From Acidobacteriota bacterium (lineage in GTDB: Bacteria > Acidobacteriota > Vicinamibacteria > Vicinamibacterales > CAVVIG01): 64,000 bases of DNA. Numbering within the stretch: position 1 is the first letter of the stretch; every line of letters begins with the position of its first letter. The stretch lies in assembly GCA_025463215.1 (NCBI GenBank), contig JAOBWF010000119.1, positions 1,840-65,839 on the forward strand. The letters are read 5' to 3'. Shown here one piece after another: positions 1 to 9,981 of this stretch. A program made the position numbers and the translations under genes. The notes under the pieces are model-generated. The model saw only the letters and a list, made by a program, of their open reading frames with translations. It was not told the origin of the DNA and did no database searches.

Positions 1-90
1 TCAATTCACAATTCTGGAATTCGCAATTTACAACAACAGAGAGGCGGATTGCGCCGCTTGGTATTTGTTACCTGTCGACTGTCGCGTGTG

Positions 91-1476
91 TCACTTGCCG
101 CTCTTGTTCTTCTTCTTCCGTGCGACCCACCCGTCCAGGTTGCGCTGTTTGCCGGCGCTGACCGCGAGCGCACCGGCCGGGACGTTCTCGCGAATCGTCG
201 ATCCGCTGCCAACGTAGGCCCCCTTGCCGATCGTGACCGGCGCGATCAGCTGCGAGTCGCTGCCGACGAAGGCGCCGTCCTCGATCACCGTCTGGCTCTT
301 GCTGACGCCGTCGTAGTTGCACGTGATCGTCCCGGCGCCGATGTTGACCTTCTCGCCGATCGTCGCGTCGCCGAGATACGCCAGGTGATTCGCCTTCGAC
401 CCCGCGCCCAGGACCGTCTTTTTCAACTCGACGAAGTTGCCGACCCGCGCGTTGGCGCGGACATCCGACTCGGCGCGCAGGTGCGCGAAGGGGCCGATGC
501 AGGCATCGTCGGCGACCGTCGCGTTCATGATGACGCAGTGGTTGAGGACGATGACGCGGTCGCCGATGTGCGCGTCGCAGATGCGGGCGCCACTGTGGAT
601 CTCGCAGCCGCGGCCGATGATCGTGCGCCCTTCGAGCGACACGCCCGGGTGCAGGATCGTGTCGGCGCCGACGGTGACGCCCGTGTCCACGTACGCGGTG
701 GCCGGATCCTCGATCGTCACGCCATCCGCCATGAGCTCAGCAGTTTTCCGATCGCGGACGATTCGACTCACCGCGGCCAGCTCGACGCGGGTGTTGATGC
801 CGAGAATCTCATCCGCGTTCGAGACGGTGACGGTTTCCACAATCGCTCCCCGCTGGCGGTAGATCGCGACGAGATCGGGCAGGTAGTACTCCTTCTGCGC
901 GTTCTCCGCGGCGATGCTCCGTACGGCGTCGAACAGCCCCTCGATCGCGAACGCGTAAATCCCCGAGTTAATCTCGCGAATCTGACGTTCTTCAGGGCTG
1001 GCGTCCTTCTGCTCGACAATACGTGCAATCTGCTCGCCGGTACGGACGATCCGGCCGTACCCATGCGGATTCTCAACGATTGCGGTCACCACCGTCGCTG
1101 CCGCGCCCGCTGTTTCGTGTGTGTTGACGAGCGTTTGCAGCGTCGCCGGCGTCAGCATCGGAACATCGCCGGAGAGCAGCAGCAGCGTGCCGCTCCGCCC
1201 GGCCAGCGCCGGCTCGGTTGTCATCAGGGCGTGCGCCGTGCCTAATTGTGGCTCTTGCACCACATAGGTGAGCCCGTGATGACCAGCGAGGGCGGCGGTC
1301 AGGTCCCCGGCCTGGTGGCCGATGACGATGGTCGTGGAGCGCGGGTGAATGGTGGCGGCACAGGCGAGCACGTGCTCGATGAGCGGCTGGCCGGCGATGC
1401 GATGCAGGACTTTCGGGCGCGCCGACTTCATGCGCGTGCCTTTGCCTGCCGCGAGAATGACGAGGTGGATGTCCAT
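91..1476 (-). CDS. glmU: Bifunctional UDP-N-acetylglucosamine pyrophosphorylase / glucosamine-1-phosphate N-acetyltransferase
   Basis: 461-aa ORF. N-terminal nucleotidyltransferase motif (LAAGKGTRMKS) is followed by long hexapeptide-repeat (left-handed beta-helix) acetyltransferase region. Length and order are typical of GlmU. Confidence 0.93.
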   Translation of the reverse strand: MDIHLVILAAGKGTRMKSARPKVLHRIAGQPLIEHVLACAATIHPRSTTIVIGHQAGDLTAALAGHHGLTYVVQEPQLGTAHALMTTEPALAGRSGTLLLLSGDVPMLTPATLQTLVNTHETAGAAATVVTAIVENPHGYGRIVRTGEQIARIVEQKDASPEERQIREINSGIYAFAIEGLFDAVRSIAAENAQKEYYLPDLVAIYRQRGAIVETVTVSNADEILGINTRVELAAVSRIVRDRKTAELMADGVTIEDPATAYVDTGVTVGADTILHPGVSLEGRTIIGRGCEIHSGARICDAHIGDRVIVLNHCVIMNATVADDACIGPFAHLRAESDVRANARVGNFVELKKTVLGAGSKANHLAYLGDATIGEKVNIGAGTITCNYDGVSKSQTVIEDGAFVGSDSQLIAPVTIGKGAYVGSGSTIRENVPAGALAVSAGKQRNLDGWVARKKKNKSGK

Positions 1477-1501
1477 GTAGAGGCCGTTCCGGCCTCTTCA
1501 A

Positions 1502-2185
1502 TTATCGCGCCGAACGGGTCTTGATGGCACGTCTGGCAATCGGCCGCGAGCCTGCCGGCGCTTCGAGCGCCGCGCGAAACGCGTCATCGTCCCTCAGCGG
1601 CTCGAGATCGGGATCGTGCCGCGCGAGGGCGCGATTCTCGGGATTGAGCGCGATCGCCCGTTCGAGATGGGCGACCGCTTCGGCGTGCTCGTCGCGTTGC
1701 GCGTGCGCGACCGCCAGCATGTAGATGGCGTGATCGTTGTCGGGATCTTCGTCGCGCACCAGACGGAGATGCGCGATCGCCTGGTCGTAGTGGCCGCCGT
1801 TGATCGAGAGCGTCGCCGCGTACAGCCGCTCGTCGATCGTCTGCGGTGCCGCTTCACGCTGCGTTGCCTGACGCTGGCAGATGTTGAGGTACAGGCGCAC
1901 GCGTTCGTGCAGCTCGCGTTCTTCGGGAAACTGCCGCAGCACCGATTCGAGCAGGCTCGTCGCCTGCTGATACGAGTGGCGCTGCAGCGCCTCGAGCCCG
2001 CGCTCGTAGAGCGCGACCGCTTCGATGTAGGTGGAGCGGCGCCCGGGAGGCTGTGGGGGCGTGGCGGCTGCGGGCGCCGCCGGGCGCGACGGCTCGCCGG
2101 GCTCGACCGGTCGCGCGTGGCGATCGCCGGAGGACGGGTCGGGAGCGTTCGTCGATTGTGGAGCCGGCCGCCGTTGCTTGGCCAT
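1502..2185 (-). CDS. TPR repeat protein with Pro/Ala-rich N-terminus
   Basis: 227-aa ORF, same strand, 25 bp upstream of glmU. Recognisable tetratricopeptide-like helices (AIYMLAVAHAQRDEHAEAVAHLERAIALNPEN). No specific family recognised. Confidence 0.65.
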   Translation of the reverse strand: MAKQRRPAPQSTNAPDPSSGDRHARPVEPGEPSRPAAPAAATPPQPPGRRSTYIEAVALYERGLEALQRHSYQQATSLLESVLRQFPEERELHERVRLYLNICQRQATQREAAPQTIDERLYAATLSINGGHYDQAIAHLRLVRDEDPDNDHAIYMLAVAHAQRDEHAEAVAHLERAIALNPENRALARHDPDLEPLRDDDAFRAALEAPAGSRPIARRAIKTRSAR

Positions 2186-2298
2186 AAACGCAAGCGCGGA
2201 CGTATGTCGCGCTGGAATCGGGGAAGGTAGCAGAACGGGTCAGCGATGGTCAAGCGGGCGAGCCCTTATCCACCACCGGGTATCAAAGCATTTGGTCG

Positions 2299-3144
2299 TC
2301 AGCCAGACTTCTTGGTTTCCTCAAGGATCTCGTAGATACGATTCGGCGTGAGGCCGTGGCGTTTCGCCAATACGTTAATTGCCTTGCGACGAGTCATACC
2401 GTCAATATTGGTTATTTCACCAAATTCAGCGGAGACATTAGCGGGATCCGGTGCGTTGGTCACGATATTATTGGTCATTACACCAATATATGCGACGATG
2501 GTGTATTCACCTCGGCCCTCACCGACAGTCGACGCGACGATCGATATAGGTCCTCTGACCAACTCCTCGTGGATCTTCGTCAATTCGCGGGCGGCAACAA
2601 CCTCGCAATCTCCCACGGCGCGGTGGAACTCGTGCAGTGTCGCCTGAATCCTGTGTGGCGCTTCGAAGAACACGATTGTCCCCCGGACGGCCCGCGCACG
2701 CTCAAACCACTGTTTTCTGTTTTTTGACCTAATTGGGGGAAACCCCAAGAAACAGAAGGAGTCGGTCGGCAGGCCTGACACCGCCAGAGCCGCCAGGACC
2801 GCGCTCGGCCCGGGAATCGGCTCGACCCGCAACCCGGCGTCGATCGCGGCCCGAATCAGCAGGCCCCCCGGATCCGACACCGTCGGCGTCCCGGCGTCGG
2901 ACACCAGGGCGATGCTGTCTCCGCCCTGCAGCCGCGCGATCAGCGCCTGGGACTTCCCCGCCTCGTTGTGTTCATGCAGGCTGGTGGTCGGCGTCGCGAT
3001 GGCATGGCGCGCGAGCAGGTGCTGGGTGCGGCGCGTGTCCTCGGCGGCGATCACCGCGACCTCGCGCAGCACACGCAGCGCGCGCACCGTGATGTCTTCG
3101 AGGTTGCCGATCGGCGTGGCGACCACGAACAGCGTGCCGGGCAT
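2299..3144 (-). CDS. rsmI: 16S rRNA (cytidine1402-2'-O)-methyltransferase
   Basis: GTLFVVATPIGNLEDITVRALRVL N-terminus and overall tetrapyrrole-methylase-fold pattern of RsmI. Start placed at ATG 3144 (MPGTLF...). The track start at 3192 is a TTG that adds 16 non-conserved residues. Confidence 0.87.
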   Translation of the reverse strand: MPGTLFVVATPIGNLEDITVRALRVLREVAVIAAEDTRRTQHLLARHAIATPTTSLHEHNEAGKSQALIARLQGGDSIALVSDAGTPTVSDPGGLLIRAAIDAGLRVEPIPGPSAVLAALAVSGLPTDSFCFLGFPPIRSKNRKQWFERARAVRGTIVFFEAPHRIQATLHEFHRAVGDCEVVAARELTKIHEELVRGPISIVASTVGEGRGEYTIVAYIGVMTNNIVTNAPDPANVSAEFGEITNIDGMTRRKAINVLAKRHGLTPNRIYEILEETKKSG

Positions 3145-3229
3145 TGAAGGGGAGCGTTTATTGTACCATTGACGGATCTGTTGGTGACCCAAGCTCGTCC
3201 GGCGATGACCGGGCGCATACGTCGAAACG

Positions 3230-4888
3230 ATGATTGCTTCCGAGCCCCTGCCCCATTTCGTCGACGATCTCCTCGGCTACTTGCACGAGACGCATCCGAC
3301 GTACGCCACGCTCGACGGCGTGCACACGCATGACGATCTGCTCGAGGACGTCAGCCGCCACGGCATCGACAGCGAGGCCCACGCCCTTTCGGGCTATCTG
3401 CGGCGCCTCGACGAGATCACGCCGGACACGCTGACCGGCGTCGAACGGCTCGAGCACCGCATGCTCACCGCGCACCTGCAGTCGCGCATGTTCGAGCTCG
3501 AGGCGGTCCGCACCTGGGAGCGCAACCCGCAGTTCTATTCGGATCTGCTGGCGACCAGCCTGGCGGGTCAGACGCTGTTCGGCCACGCGCCGGCCGCCGA
3601 GCGCGCCCGCCGCGTCCTGTCCAAGCTGCGCCAGACGCCGCGCTTCATTCAGGCGGCGCGCGACAACATCAAGGACGCGCCGGGCATCTACGTCAAGGTC
3701 GGCATCGAGGCGATGCGCGGCACGCTCAAGTTCATCGACGACGATCTGCCGCGCGCCTTTGCGGACGTCGACGACCTGCACCTGCTCGGCGATCTTGCCG
3801 ACGCCCAGACCGAGGCGTCGCAATCGGTGCGCCGCTACATCGATTATCTCGAGACCGATGTCGCGCCGAAGGCGCGCGCGTCGTTCCGTCTCGGCCGCGA
3901 GAAATTCGAACAGAAGCTCCGGTTGGACGAAGGCGTGTCGCTGCCGATCGATCGCCTGCTCGCGATCGCGACGCGCGAGCTTGCCGCGACGCAGGAGCAG
4001 TTCCGCTCGCTCGCCGGCAAGACCAACGGCGGCGATCCAATCGCGGCCTGGCAGAAAACCAAGGCGCTGCACCCGGCGCCTGGGCAGCTCGTCGCCACCG
4101 GCCGTCAGCAGCTCGACGAGCTCGCGACCTTTCTCGAGCGGCAGAAGATCATCTCGCTGCCGCCGGGCGAACCGATTGCGGTCGCGCCGACGCCCGACTT
4201 CTATCGCTGGTCGTTCGCCAGCATGTGGACCGCGGGTCCGTTCGAGAGCAAGCCGAGCCGCGCCTACTACTACCTCACCGACGTCGATCCGTCGTGGGCC
4301 CCCGAGCGCCAGGACGAACACCTGCGCGACTACAACATCCCGACGCTGTGGTCGATCTCGATCCATGAGGTCTACCCCGGCCACTTCCTCCACTATCAGC
4401 ACCTGCGCAAGGTCGAGTCGAAGACGCGCAAGTCGATCATGTTCGCGCCGGCGTCGTTCATCGAAGGATGGGCGCATTATTGCGAGCAGATGATGATCGA
4501 GGCCGGCTTCGGCCGTCAGGATCCGAGCATCAGACTCGGACAGCTTGCCGAAGCGCTCGTTCGCCTCGTCCGCTTCATCGTCTGCATCAAGCTCCACGCG
4601 GAAGACATGTCGGTGGAGCAGGGCGTCCGCTATTTCCGCGACGAGGCGTTCATGGAAGAAGGCAGCGCGCGGCGCGAGGCCGAGCGCGGCGCCTTCGATC
4701 CGACTTATCTTGTCTACACGGTCGGCAAGCTGATGCTGCTCAAGCTGCGCCAGGATTACAAGGCGCAGCAAGGCAAGTCGTACTCACTGCGATCGTTTCA
4801 CGACACGCTGCTCGGCCAGGGCACCGCGCCCTTCTGGCTCCATCGTCAGCTCATGCTGGGCGACGACAACGGCGATTTGCTCGAATAG
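3230..4888 (+). CDS. DUF885 family protein (putative metallopeptidase-like)
   Basis: 552-aa ORF, divergent from rsmI. Contains HEVYPGHFLHYQH, the His-Glu-x-x-His-like signature I associate with DUF885. Confidence 0.8.
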   Translation: MIASEPLPHFVDDLLGYLHETHPTYATLDGVHTHDDLLEDVSRHGIDSEAHALSGYLRRLDEITPDTLTGVERLEHRMLTAHLQSRMFELEAVRTWERNPQFYSDLLATSLAGQTLFGHAPAAERARRVLSKLRQTPRFIQAARDNIKDAPGIYVKVGIEAMRGTLKFIDDDLPRAFADVDDLHLLGDLADAQTEASQSVRRYIDYLETDVAPKARASFRLGREKFEQKLRLDEGVSLPIDRLLAIATRELAATQEQFRSLAGKTNGGDPIAAWQKTKALHPAPGQLVATGRQQLDELATFLERQKIISLPPGEPIAVAPTPDFYRWSFASMWTAGPFESKPSRAYYYLTDVDPSWAPERQDEHLRDYNIPTLWSISIHEVYPGHFLHYQHLRKVESKTRKSIMFAPASFIEGWAHYCEQMMIEAGFGRQDPSIRLGQLAEALVRLVRFIVCIKLHAEDMSVEQGVRYFRDEAFMEEGSARREAERGAFDPTYLVYTVGKLMLLKLRQDYKAQQGKSYSLRSFHDTLLGQGTAPFWLHRQLMLGDDNGDLLE

Positions 4889-4896
4889 GTAAGGCA

Positions 4897-5295
4897 ATGC
4901 CCCTGTATGAATACGAGTGTGACGCCTGCGGTCACCGCTTCGAGAAGATTCAGAAATTTTCCGATCCGCTGGAAGACACGTGTCCGAAGTGCGGCGGTCA
5001 CGTGCACAAGCTGATGTCGTCGCCCGCGATTCAGTTCAAGGGCAGCGGCTTCTATATCACCGACTATCCGAAGGGGGACAAGGGATCAGCGCCGAAGTCC
5101 GACGGCGGCAAGTCCGACAAGGCGGCGAAGGCCGACAAGCCGGCGGCGTCGACCGAGTCTTCTTCGTCGTCTTCGAAAGCCGAGAAGAGCACGACGTCGA
5201 GCGACAGCAGCAGCTCCTCGACGACGTCGTCGTCATCGACGCCGAGCTCCACGCCCGCGGCGGCACCGTCGACGCCGAGCGGCACGAAACCGTAG
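4897..5295 (+). CDS. FmdB-family zinc-ribbon protein with Ser/Thr/Lys-rich tail
   Basis: MPLYEYECDACGHRFEKIQKFSDPLEDTCPKCGG is the classic CxxC...CxxC FmdB/zinc-ribbon N-terminus. ATG at 4897 is in frame inside track ORF 4468..5295. The low-complexity C-terminal tail is common in this family. Confidence 0.8.
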   Translation: MPLYEYECDACGHRFEKIQKFSDPLEDTCPKCGGHVHKLMSSPAIQFKGSGFYITDYPKGDKGSAPKSDGGKSDKAAKADKPAASTESSSSSSKAEKSTTSSDSSSSSTTSSSSTPSSTPAAAPSTPSGTKP

Positions 5296-5341
5296 CGCAG
5301 GGCTTCAGCCCTGACGCGCCGGTCAACCGCGAAGCGGTGCG

Positions 5342-6271
5342 CTACCGCGGCGCGGTGCGGCGATCGGCGGTCTTGAGGTAGGCGGAGAACTTGTCCGCGA
5401 GATCGGGCCGGCGCAGCGCGAAGTAGACGACCGCTTTCAGGAAACCGAGTTTGTTGCCGGTGTCGTGGCGCACGCCTTTGACTTCGACCGCGTAGATCGG
5501 TCGCGTTTTCAGCAGCTCGCGCAGGCCGTTGGTCAGCTGGATTTCGCCGGTGCGGTCGCTCTTGGTCGCGGCGAGCGCGGGGAAGATGTCGGGCGTCAGC
5601 ACGTAGCGGCCGATGATCGCGAGATCCGACGGTGCTTCTTCCTTCGGCGGCTTCTCCACCAGATCGCGGACCTGATAAATCCCGTCCCCGAGATTGGTGT
5701 TCGGCTCGATCGCGATCACGCCGTAGCTCGAGATGTCCTCGCGCGGCACGCGTTCGACCGCGAGCACCGGACCGCCGAGGCGATCGAAGACGTCGATCAG
5801 CTGCTTGATCGCCGGCGGATCGGCGTCGATCACATCGTCGCCCAGGATCACCGCGAACGGTTCGTCGCCGACCAGCTGGCGCGTGACCAGCACGGCGTGG
5901 CCGAGACCGAGCGGCTCGCCCTGGCGGACGTAGGCGAAATTGATCATGTTCGAGATCTTGCGGACCTCGGCGAGCTGATCGAGCTTGCCGCGCGCCTCGA
6001 GAAACGACTCGAGCTCGACCGAGACATCGAAGTGATCTTCGATCGCGTTCTTGCCGCGGCCGGTCACCAGCAGGATGTTGTCGATGCCGGCGGCGACCGC
6101 CTCCTCGACGCCGTACTGGATGATCGGCTTGTCGACCAGCGGCAGCATTTCCTTGGGTTGTGCTTTCGTCGCCGGCAGGAAGCGAGTACCAAGGCCAGCG
6201 GCGGGGAAGACGGCTTTTCGAACGGCAGGCACGACGGAATCGTAACGTACAATATGCGGCAGAGGTAGCAT
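5342..6271 (-). CDS. galU: UTP--glucose-1-phosphate uridylyltransferase
   Basis: [36 protein letters not shown] motif block. An AGGAGG lies 8 nt upstream of ATG 6271. An alternative GTG start at 6232 would give the more usual short N-terminus. Confidence 0.9.
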   Translation of the reverse strand: MLPLPHIVRYDSVVPAVRKAVFPAAGLGTRFLPATKAQPKEMLPLVDKPIIQYGVEEAVAAGIDNILLVTGRGKNAIEDHFDVSVELESFLEARGKLDQLAEVRKISNMINFAYVRQGEPLGLGHAVLVTRQLVGDEPFAVILGDDVIDADPPAIKQLIDVFDRLGGPVLAVERVPREDISSYGVIAIEPNTNLGDGIYQVRDLVEKPPKEEAPSDLAIIGRYVLTPDIFPALAATKSDRTGEIQLTNGLRELLKTRPIYAVEVKGVRHDTGNKLGFLKAVVYFALRRPDLADKFSAYLKTADRRTAPR

Positions 6272-7553
6272 GCTCGACCCCTCCTACATCCGCGATCACG
6301 TCGACGAGGTGCGCACCGGGCTCCGCAATCGCGGACTCGATCCGGACAAGGCGCTCGAGGAGATCGTGACGCTCGAAACCGCGCGGCGGCGGCTGATCCC
6401 GGAGGTCGAGTCGCTCAAGCGGGCGCAGAACACCTCCGGCGACGAGATCGCCAAAGCGCGCCGCATGGGGCAGGACACCGGTGCGGTGCAGGAAGCCAAC
6501 CGCGCCCGGTCGCAGGACATCAAGCAAAAGGGATTTCAGCTCGACTCGATCGAGCATCAGCGCACGGCGGCGGTGCTCAACCTGCCGAACCTGCCGCATC
6601 CCAGCGTGCCGGTCGGCAAGACGGCGGCCGATAACGTCGAGGTCCGTCGCGTCGGCACGCCGCGCGCGTTCGACTTCACGCCGCAGGCGCATTGGGATCT
6701 CGGCCCGGCGCTCGGGATCATCGATTTCGAGCGCGGCACGAAGATCGCCGGCGCGCGGTTTACGGTGCTGAGCGGCGCCGGCGCGCGCCTGTCGCGCGCG
6801 CTGATCAACTTCATGCTCGACACCCACACGCGCGAATTCGGGTACCGCGAAGTGGAGCCGCCGTTTCTCGCCAACTCGGCGTCGCTGCAGGGCACCGGAC
6901 AGCTGCCGAAGTTCGAGCAGGATCTGTTCAAGGTCGCGGGCGACTGGGATCTCTACCTCATTCCCACGGCGGAAGTGCCGCTCACCAACCTGCACCGCGG
7001 CGAGATCCTCGACGGCCGCGAGCTGCCGATCCGCACCACCGCGTATACGCCGTGCTTCCGCAGCGAGGCGGGATCCTACGGCCAGGACGTACGCGGCCTG
7101 ATCCGCCAGCATCAGTTCGACAAGGTCGAGCTCGTGAAGCTGACGACACCGGAGCAGTCGTACGACGAGCTCGAAGCGCTGACCGCGAACGCCGAGGAGA
7201 TCCTGAAGCGGCTCGAGCTGCCTTATCGCACGATGCTGCTCTGCACCGGCGACATGGGATTTTCCGCGGCGAAGACCTATGACATCGAGGTCTGGCTGCC
7301 CAGTCAGAACACGTACCGCGAGATCTCGTCGTGCAGCAACACCGAGGCGTTCCAGGCGCGGCGCGCCAACATCAAATTCCGCCCGGCCGGCACCGGCAAG
7401 GCGGAGTTCGTGCACACGCTCAACGGGTCGGCGCTCGCGGTCGGCCGCACGCTGATCGCGATCCTCGAAAATTATCAGCAGAAGGACGGCACGGTCGTCG
7501 TCCCCCCCGCGCTGCGTCCGTACATGGACGGCCGCGAGATCATCACCAAGTAG
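6270..7553 (+). CDS. serS: Serine--tRNA ligase
   Basis: 427 aa. N-terminal coiled-coil arm ([22 protein letters not shown]...) and class II aaRS core ([40 protein letters not shown]). Confidence 0.95.
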   Translation: MLDPSYIRDHVDEVRTGLRNRGLDPDKALEEIVTLETARRRLIPEVESLKRAQNTSGDEIAKARRMGQDTGAVQEANRARSQDIKQKGFQLDSIEHQRTAAVLNLPNLPHPSVPVGKTAADNVEVRRVGTPRAFDFTPQAHWDLGPALGIIDFERGTKIAGARFTVLSGAGARLSRALINFMLDTHTREFGYREVEPPFLANSASLQGTGQLPKFEQDLFKVAGDWDLYLIPTAEVPLTNLHRGEILDGRELPIRTTAYTPCFRSEAGSYGQDVRGLIRQHQFDKVELVKLTTPEQSYDELEALTANAEEILKRLELPYRTMLLCTGDMGFSAAKTYDIEVWLPSQNTYREISSCSNTEAFQARRANIKFRPAGTGKAEFVHTLNGSALAVGRTLIAILENYQQKDGTVVVPPALRPYMDGREIITK

Positions 7554-7561
7554 AGGCGCGC

Positions 7562-8464
7562 GTGCGATTGTCCGGTTGTCTACTCAGCATCTTCGCGATT
7601 GCGGCCGGCGGCTCCGGCCAGGCGGCGGCGCGGCCGCCGGCAATGGTCTGTAAGGCGGACGCGGGATGGAACGATCCGGCGAGGCCGCGGCATGTGTTCG
7701 GCAACACGTGGTATGTCGGCACCTGCGGCATCAGCGCGCTGCTGGTCACATCGGACAAGGGGCACATCCTGATCGACGGCGCCACCAGGGAGGCGGCGCC
7801 GCAGATCGAGGCGAACATCCGCGCGCTCGGGTTCCGCATCAAGGACGTCCGGTTCATTCTCGCCACCCACGCGCATCTCGATCACGCCGGCGGCTTCGCG
7901 GCGCTGCGGCGCGCGTCCGGCGCGGTGATGGTGGCGCGCGGCGCCGACGCCGACGCGATCGAGCGCGGCCGCGGCGATCGATCGGATCCGCAGTTCACGT
8001 CGATTGACGGCTTCCCGCCGGTGGCGCACGTGCGCCGGGTCGCGGACGCGGAAACGCTAACGCTCGGGCCGCTCTCGATCACCGCGCACGCCACTCCAGG
8101 CCATACGCCCGGCAGCACGAGCTGGACGTGGGATTCGTGCGAAGGCCCGCGCTGCCTGCATATCGCCTACGTCGACAGTGTCAGCCCGATTTCGGACGAC
8201 GTGTACCGGTATACCGACGAAGCCCAGCACCCCGGCGTTGTCGAGGCATTCCGCAAGAGCATCGCCGCCGTGGCGGCGCTGCCCTGCGACGTGCTGCTGA
8301 CGCCGCATCCGTTCGTCAGCAACATGTTCGAGCGGATGGGAGCGAACGCGACGGCGCCGCTGGCCGACGCGAACGCCTGCCGTCAGTTCGCGGCACAGGC
8401 GAGTGACAAGCTCGACGAGCGGCTGACGAAAGAACGCGCCACACCCACGAGGAAAGAGCAGTGA
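7562..8464 (+). CDS. Metallo-beta-lactamase fold hydrolase, subclass B3-like, with signal peptide
   Basis: FGNTWYVGTCGISALLVTSDKGHILIDG and THAHLDHAGG (HxHxDH) motifs. GTG at 7562 gives a signal-peptide-like N-terminus (VRLSGCLLSIFAIAAGG). The upstream part of track ORF 7331..8464 overlaps serS and is rejected. Confidence 0.75.
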   Translation: MRLSGCLLSIFAIAAGGSGQAAARPPAMVCKADAGWNDPARPRHVFGNTWYVGTCGISALLVTSDKGHILIDGATREAAPQIEANIRALGFRIKDVRFILATHAHLDHAGGFAALRRASGAVMVARGADADAIERGRGDRSDPQFTSIDGFPPVAHVRRVADAETLTLGPLSITAHATPGHTPGSTSWTWDSCEGPRCLHIAYVDSVSPISDDVYRYTDEAQHPGVVEAFRKSIAAVAALPCDVLLTPHPFVSNMFERMGANATAPLADANACRQFAAQASDKLDERLTKERATPTRKEQ

Positions 8465-9969
8465 GCGACCCGAACGATCCGAACGACGTGACAGAACCGA
8501 TTGAGCCGACGGACGGGACGGTGCCGAACCAGCCCGCCGAGCCTGAAGACGACTTTGCCTCCATGTTCGAAGCGTCGACCAAGGCGAAGCGCTTCCAGAA
8601 CGGCCAGACGATCCAGGGCAGGATTGTCGCGATCGGACCCGAAGGCGCGTTTGTCGACGTCGGCGGCAAGGGCGAAGCGATGATCGAGCTCGCCGAGCTG
8701 AAAGACGAAGCGGGAAACCTCGAGGTCGCGGTCGGCGACCGCGTTCAGGCGACGGTGGTGTCGACCGTGGGCGGGCTGACGCTGTCGCGCCGCCTGGTTC
8801 GCGGCGCGGCAAATGCGCGGCAACTCGAAGCTGCCTACCGATCGAGGCTTCCTGTCGAAGGCAAGGTCGAGCGCGAGGTCAAGGGCGGATACGAGGTGCG
8901 TATCGCCGGTCAGCGCGCGTTCTGCCCGTTCTCGCAAATCGACACGATGCGGACCGAACCGGCGGCGCACATCGGCCGCGTCTACGAATTCCGCATCACC
9001 GAATTTTCGGAAGGCGGCAAGAACATCGTCGTCTCGCGGCGCGCCCTGCTCGAGGAGACCCAGCGCGCCAGCGCCGCCGAAGTGCGGCAGTCGATCGTCG
9101 CGGGTGCGGTGCTGACGGGGCGCGTCACGTCGGTGCGCGACTTCGGCGCGTTCGTCGATCTGGGCGGCAACGTCCAGGGACTGCTGCACGTGTCGGAGAT
9201 GGGATGGTCGCGGGTCGCCGACGCGGCGGCGATTCTCAAGCCGGGCGACGAGATCACCGTCAAGGTGCTGCGCGTCGACGAGGACAAGCAGAAGATCTCG
9301 CTCGGCTTGAAACAGCTGATGGCCGATCCCTGGACCGCGGCCGGCGGTACCTACGCCGTCGGTCAGGTCGTCGCTGGCCGCGTCACGCGTGTCGCCGATT
9401 TCGGCGCATTCGTCGAGCTCGAGCCCGGTGTCGAGGGGCTGGCGCATGCGTCCACGTTCGCGCCGACCGGGCGGACCGACGGCTGGACGACGCTGGTCTC
9501 CGCGGGGATGACCGGATCGTTCGAGATCCTGAGCATCGATCTCGACAAGAAGCGGATCGGCGTCGCCCTTCTTCCCGACGGCTCGGCGCGCGCCGGCGCG
9601 GCTTCATCGCCGCCGCAGATCGCGCCCGGTGCGCGTCTGATCGGCAAGGTCGAGCGTCACGAGAAGTTCGGTGTGTTCGTGTTTCTGGCGCCGGGGCGGA
9701 CCGGGCTGATCCCGATCAGCGAGACCGGGGTCGCGAGAGAAGGCGACGTCGTCAAGGCGTTTCCGGTCGGCACCGACGTCGAGGTCGTCGTGCTCGAAGT
9801 CGACCCGGCCGGGCGTCGCATTCGCCTCAGCGTCAAGGCGATCCAGGATGCGCGCGAGGCCGACGAAGTGCGCGCCTACGCCGAGCGAGAAGATGCCGCG
9901 CCGGCGCAGGGGTTTGGTTCGATCGCCGACAAGCTGCGCGGAGCGCTCAGGCCGCGCGACAAGGCCTGA
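8461..9969 (+). CDS. Multi-S1-domain RNA-binding protein (ribosomal protein S1-like)
   Basis: 502 aa with about five repeats of the S1/OB pattern (G..V.G.V..V..FGAFVDLGG..GLLHVSE). GTG start overlaps the preceding stop (GTGA). Confidence 0.8.
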   Translation: MSDPNDPNDVTEPIEPTDGTVPNQPAEPEDDFASMFEASTKAKRFQNGQTIQGRIVAIGPEGAFVDVGGKGEAMIELAELKDEAGNLEVAVGDRVQATVVSTVGGLTLSRRLVRGAANARQLEAAYRSRLPVEGKVEREVKGGYEVRIAGQRAFCPFSQIDTMRTEPAAHIGRVYEFRITEFSEGGKNIVVSRRALLEETQRASAAEVRQSIVAGAVLTGRVTSVRDFGAFVDLGGNVQGLLHVSEMGWSRVADAAAILKPGDEITVKVLRVDEDKQKISLGLKQLMADPWTAAGGTYAVGQVVAGRVTRVADFGAFVELEPGVEGLAHASTFAPTGRTDGWTTLVSAGMTGSFEILSIDLDKKRIGVALLPDGSARAGAASSPPQIAPGARLIGKVERHEKFGVFVFLAPGRTGLIPISETGVAREGDVVKAFPVGTDVEVVVLEVDPAGRRIRLSVKAIQDAREADEVRAYAEREDAAPAQGFGSIADKLRGALRPRDKA

Positions 9970-9981
9970 GCATCGGGCCGG

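Noticed and set aside
49-1245. 398-aa plus-strand ORF opposite glmU
   Set aside because: It is antisense to a gene with unmistakable GlmU motifs. Its Arg/Ala/Asp-rich, motif-free translation is typical of shadow ORFs in high-GC DNA.
3158-4771. 537-aa minus-strand ORF opposite the DUF885 gene
   Set aside because: It is an antisense shadow ORF with an Arg/Leu/Ala-rich translation and no motifs. The plus-strand frame has the DUF885 signature.
5064-7415. 783-aa minus-strand ORF spanning the galU/serS region
   Set aside because: It overlaps three well-supported genes on both strands. Its composition (poly-Arg/Ala/Gly) is non-protein-like.
8461-9969. Calling this gene rpsA outright
   Set aside because: The multi-S1 architecture fits. 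However, the acidic non-conserved N-terminus and the shorter length (502 aa) mean I cannot distinguish true ribosomal S1 from a paralog without a search. The symbol is left blank.
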